From the human T2T-CHM13v2.0 reference genome, Homo sapiens: a stretch of DNA of 64,000 nucleotides. Shown here piece by piece: positions 49,238-64,000 of the stretch. The first letter of the stretch is position 1, and each line of letters starts with the position of its first letter. The notes under the pieces were generated by a model. It was not told where the DNA came from and ran no database searches. It worked only from the letters and a program-made list of their open reading frames with translations. The position numbers were made by a program, and so were the translations under genes. The stretch is taken from assembly GCF_009914755.1 (NCBI RefSeq), contig NC_060933.1; one strand, 5' to 3'.

Positions 49238-50594
49238 CTGTGGGAGAGCCAGAGAGGCCCAGGAAGCTTTGGCGAGGTGCTGGGGGACCCCTGGCCCACC
49301 CGACCCAGTTGCACAACAAAAGGGTAGACTCACATTGGAGTTGAGGCAGCTAATGCAGGAACGGACTCCATTGTGGCCCCTTCAAGGGATATGGGAGGGG
49401 CAGTTAGTGCCTCCCTGGGGCAGTGTCCTTCCACCCCTCCCTGCCCCGGCTGGGTCAGAGCAGCCCATTTCCTGTGGAGACTGGGTCAGCAGCCCTACTC
49501 CACCCCAACTGGGAGGCCTGAAGCCCTATCCCAACCCTGACCATCTCAGGACCTCACCTGGCACTGCCCCCCAGCTTCAGAGCCAGTCTCCCCAGGGGCT
49601 TGTCCAGCTCATCATGCACCAGGTAGACTTCCTCGGCAGTCAGCCCAAACAGCTCCGCTTAGCACAGGGAAACGGCAGCCCTGGTTACTGCCCATCTGCC
49701 CAGAGAGGCACTGTCCCGACTCCCATGATGAGGGACCACAACTAATCCCACTTCACATATAAAGAAACTGAGGCCCCCCGAAGTACCCAAAGCCATGCAG
49801 CAACTGGAGCTCAACAGGTACTTGGAGGTGAACCCACGGATCTGTCACAGCCAGTGCTCCCCTCTGGCCCCCGCGCCCCAACCCCCACCCCCTTGGCCCG
49901 CCCGCCCACCCCTGGCGCTCTCAACTCACCAGCCCGGGCCACGCTGCGCCCGTTGGCGTTCATAAGCCGCCGTGGCCGGAGCAGGACCAGTTGGGCATCC
50001 CCCAGCGGGGCCAGGGCGAGGTCGGCGGCACAGTGCCGGTCGCGCGTCCAACTCTCCGCCACACCCAGCCGCCGCGCCAGCTGCCCCAGCACCGCCATGC
50101 CCACGCTGTGTCGCGTGCCGGGCAGTCCGGGATTCCCCAGGCCAGCCACCTGCGGGCGGCACCAGGGAAACTGAGGCCCAACAACTCTCGCCACCCCCGA
50201 TCTCACAGCGTCCCGTGGGCCCCAACGCAGAGGAGCGGAAACGCAGAGCAACGCTGCAGTGGGGAAGGGGCGCGAAGAAGGGGCCCAGAAACCCGACCCC
50301 TGAGAACTCCAGAAGGCTGGGCAGGCAGGGCGCCCTAGTGCAGGAACGGAGCTTCAAGAAGTTTGGAGCCCGTCGAGCACTGAACTCACCAGTTAAGAAA
50401 ACAGAGCAGCAATTTGGGGGCACTCGGCTCCCGGGACATAATGACCGAACTGAAGCTAGGGACCGGGAGCCCCTACGTCGCCGCCCCACGCCACTCACCA
50501 TCCACCGCTTCCCCGGGGGGCGAGGCTCCAAAACACATCGGCTCATGGCTCTACTCAGCCGCTGTCCGGCGCCCAAAAAGCCGCCCGGCCTCAT
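49055..50594 (-). CDS. PTRH1: PTRH1 peptidyl-tRNA hydrolase 1 homolog, 5 exons, 214 aa
   Basis: Pth motifs [35 protein letters not shown]; exons sum to 645 nt. Confidence 0.97.
49334..49379 (-). CDS. PTRH1: PTRH1 exon 4
   Basis: [15 protein letters not shown]|gtgagt. Confidence 0.92.
49558..49657 (-). CDS. PTRH1: PTRH1 exon 3
   Basis: [22 protein letters not shown]; AG|gtgagg. Confidence 0.93.
49930..50149 (-). CDS. PTRH1: PTRH1 exon 2
   Basis: [17 protein letters not shown]...SVARA G|gtgagt. Confidence 0.94.
50499..50594 (-). CDS. PTRH1: PTRH1 exon 1
   Basis: [17 protein letters not shown]...KRWM|gtgagt. Confidence 0.92.
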
Positions 50595-51100
50595 GCTGCC
50601 CCCATTCACTCCGACACCGCCCCCTGACGTCATCACCCCGCAGCAGCCAATCGTGTTGCCAACTGTTTGGCGTCCACCGCCAACGTCCAATCCGGGCCGG
50701 GCTACGTGGCCGCCATGCTTCTGAGGGGCGGAAGCGGCGAGGCGGTGGCCGAGTCCGGGAACCCAGGCGCCTTCAGTAGCGCGGCGTCACAGTGTCCCTT
50801 CGGGACTTGTGTGGGACGCTCGGAGCTCTTGCTTGACCTTCGGTTGGGAGGCCTTGTTATGCCCCCCGCTATGGCCCTGACTTGCGGCGAAAATCTGGCA
50901 AGTCCTTTCCCCGCTGTAGGCCTCAACCTCTCCAGCTAATAAAAGTTTTCTACCTCCCTCCGGCTCAAAAAGCTTGGTTCCCGGGGGCGTGGCCAGAGGG
51001 GTGGGGCCTGTGGGCGTCCTGGTGATGGTGCCTAGCAACGTCAGGGCCAGGGCCGCGAGGTAGTTGGCAGAGGCCTCGGGGTCCTCCTGGAAGGGGCCTC

Positions 51101-62910
<11,810 letters not shown>

Positions 62911-63180
62911 GTAAGTGGAGTACAGGCCAGGGCTCGGAGCCCTTGGGGTCTGGGGCACAGCGTACCCCAGCCCAGGGCTGAAGGATGCAGGCCAGTGGAG
63001 TCTGGCTTCCAGGCCTGGCTCTGCACTCCCTCAGCTGTGTGATGGGCTGGGGACATCTTGCTATGAGATGGGGATGGTACCAGCAAGGGGTGCTCCTGAC
63101 GGAGGGTGTGTGGGGATGTGGGCCCTCAGAGAGAGGAGTCACAGCCCTGCTCATGGTCACTGTCATGAATTCTACTGTAG

Positions 63181-63468
<288 letters not shown>

Positions 63469-63489
63469 CCCAGAATTTTCTTAATTCTT

Positions 63490-63950
63490 AAATTTGTTTC
63501 TGAAAACCTCTTATTGAACGTAACATAAATATAGAAAAGTGCACAAATCATAAGTACCGGTTTGATGAATTTTCACAAACTGCATTACACCCATGATAGC
63601 ATTATCCAGATCGAGAAAGAACATTTTCCCAGCTCCCAGAAGCCCCTTGGGGCCCCCTTCGAGGCCCCTCCCGTAACCCACCCCACCTACAAGGCTGTCT
63701 TGATTCCTGACACCAAACATGAGTTTCGTCTTTTCTTCACATAAATGGACAGCATGGTGAGCGTCACTCACGCTGCGGCGGGTGGCAGCGGCCTGCTCCC
63801 TCTCGCTGGTGCTGCAGAATATTCCGTCCTTGACAGTCCCACAGTGTGTTCCTCTGTTCTACTGCTGGTAGACATCAAGTACACTAATGTTCAAAGGAAA
63901 CTTGAAGCAATTGAAGTAGAGGAATACCAGCATCCCTTGCCATCAATAGA
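63490..63950 (-). mobile_element. Old L1M 3' fragment
   Basis: AAAAGTGCACAAATCATAAG...GATGAATTTTCACAAA motif. Confidence 0.6.
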
Positions 63951-63956
63951 AAATGT

Positions 63957-64000
63957 GGCTGGGCGCGGTGGCTGACACCTGTAATCCCAGCACTTTGGGA
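63957..64000 (+). mobile_element. Alu 5' end, cut by the window edge
   Basis: GGCTGGGCGCGGTGGCT...CAGCACTTTGGGA. Confidence 0.9.

Noticed and set aside
49972-50724. 250-aa plus-strand ORF antisense to PTRH1
   Set aside because: Expected by chance in a CpG island; low-complexity Pro/Arg/Ala product
63765-63830. CpG-rich CTCF-like motif in an old L1
   Set aside because: Single partial motif; insufficient evidence

Overview
Human-type (primate) genomic DNA, recognisable as the 9q34.11 locus. It holds four genes: the 3' two-thirds of STXBP1/Munc18-1 (+; exons 8-18 plus alternative C-terminal exons 19 and 20), complete CFAP157 (+; 9 exons, 520 aa), complete PTRH1 (-; 5 exons, 214 aa) and exons 1-12 of TTC16 (+; continues past the window). 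PTRH1 is tail-to-tail with CFAP157 and head-to-head with TTC16. MIR3911 lies antisense over the STXBP1 last-exon acceptor. I placed all exon boundaries by hand from GT/AG sites, and the reading phases are mutually consistent. Repeats include about 45 Alus, a solo ERVK-type LTR with a 6-bp TSD, ERV1/MaLR/L1/L2/MER remnants and a probable piggyBac relic. The most interesting area is the STXBP1 3' end (19-35 kb). It has an array of candidate stop-containing C-terminal cassette exons, a near-perfect 83-bp non-Alu inverted repeat, and a (GAT)n tract bracketed by strong splice acceptors on both strands (19-His run antisense). An orphan CCAAT/CpG promoter with a minus-strand exon points antisense toward MIR3911 and STXBP1. 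These models are inferences that need RNA data, and some may already exist as minor annotated isoforms. There are no prokaryotic-type systems.
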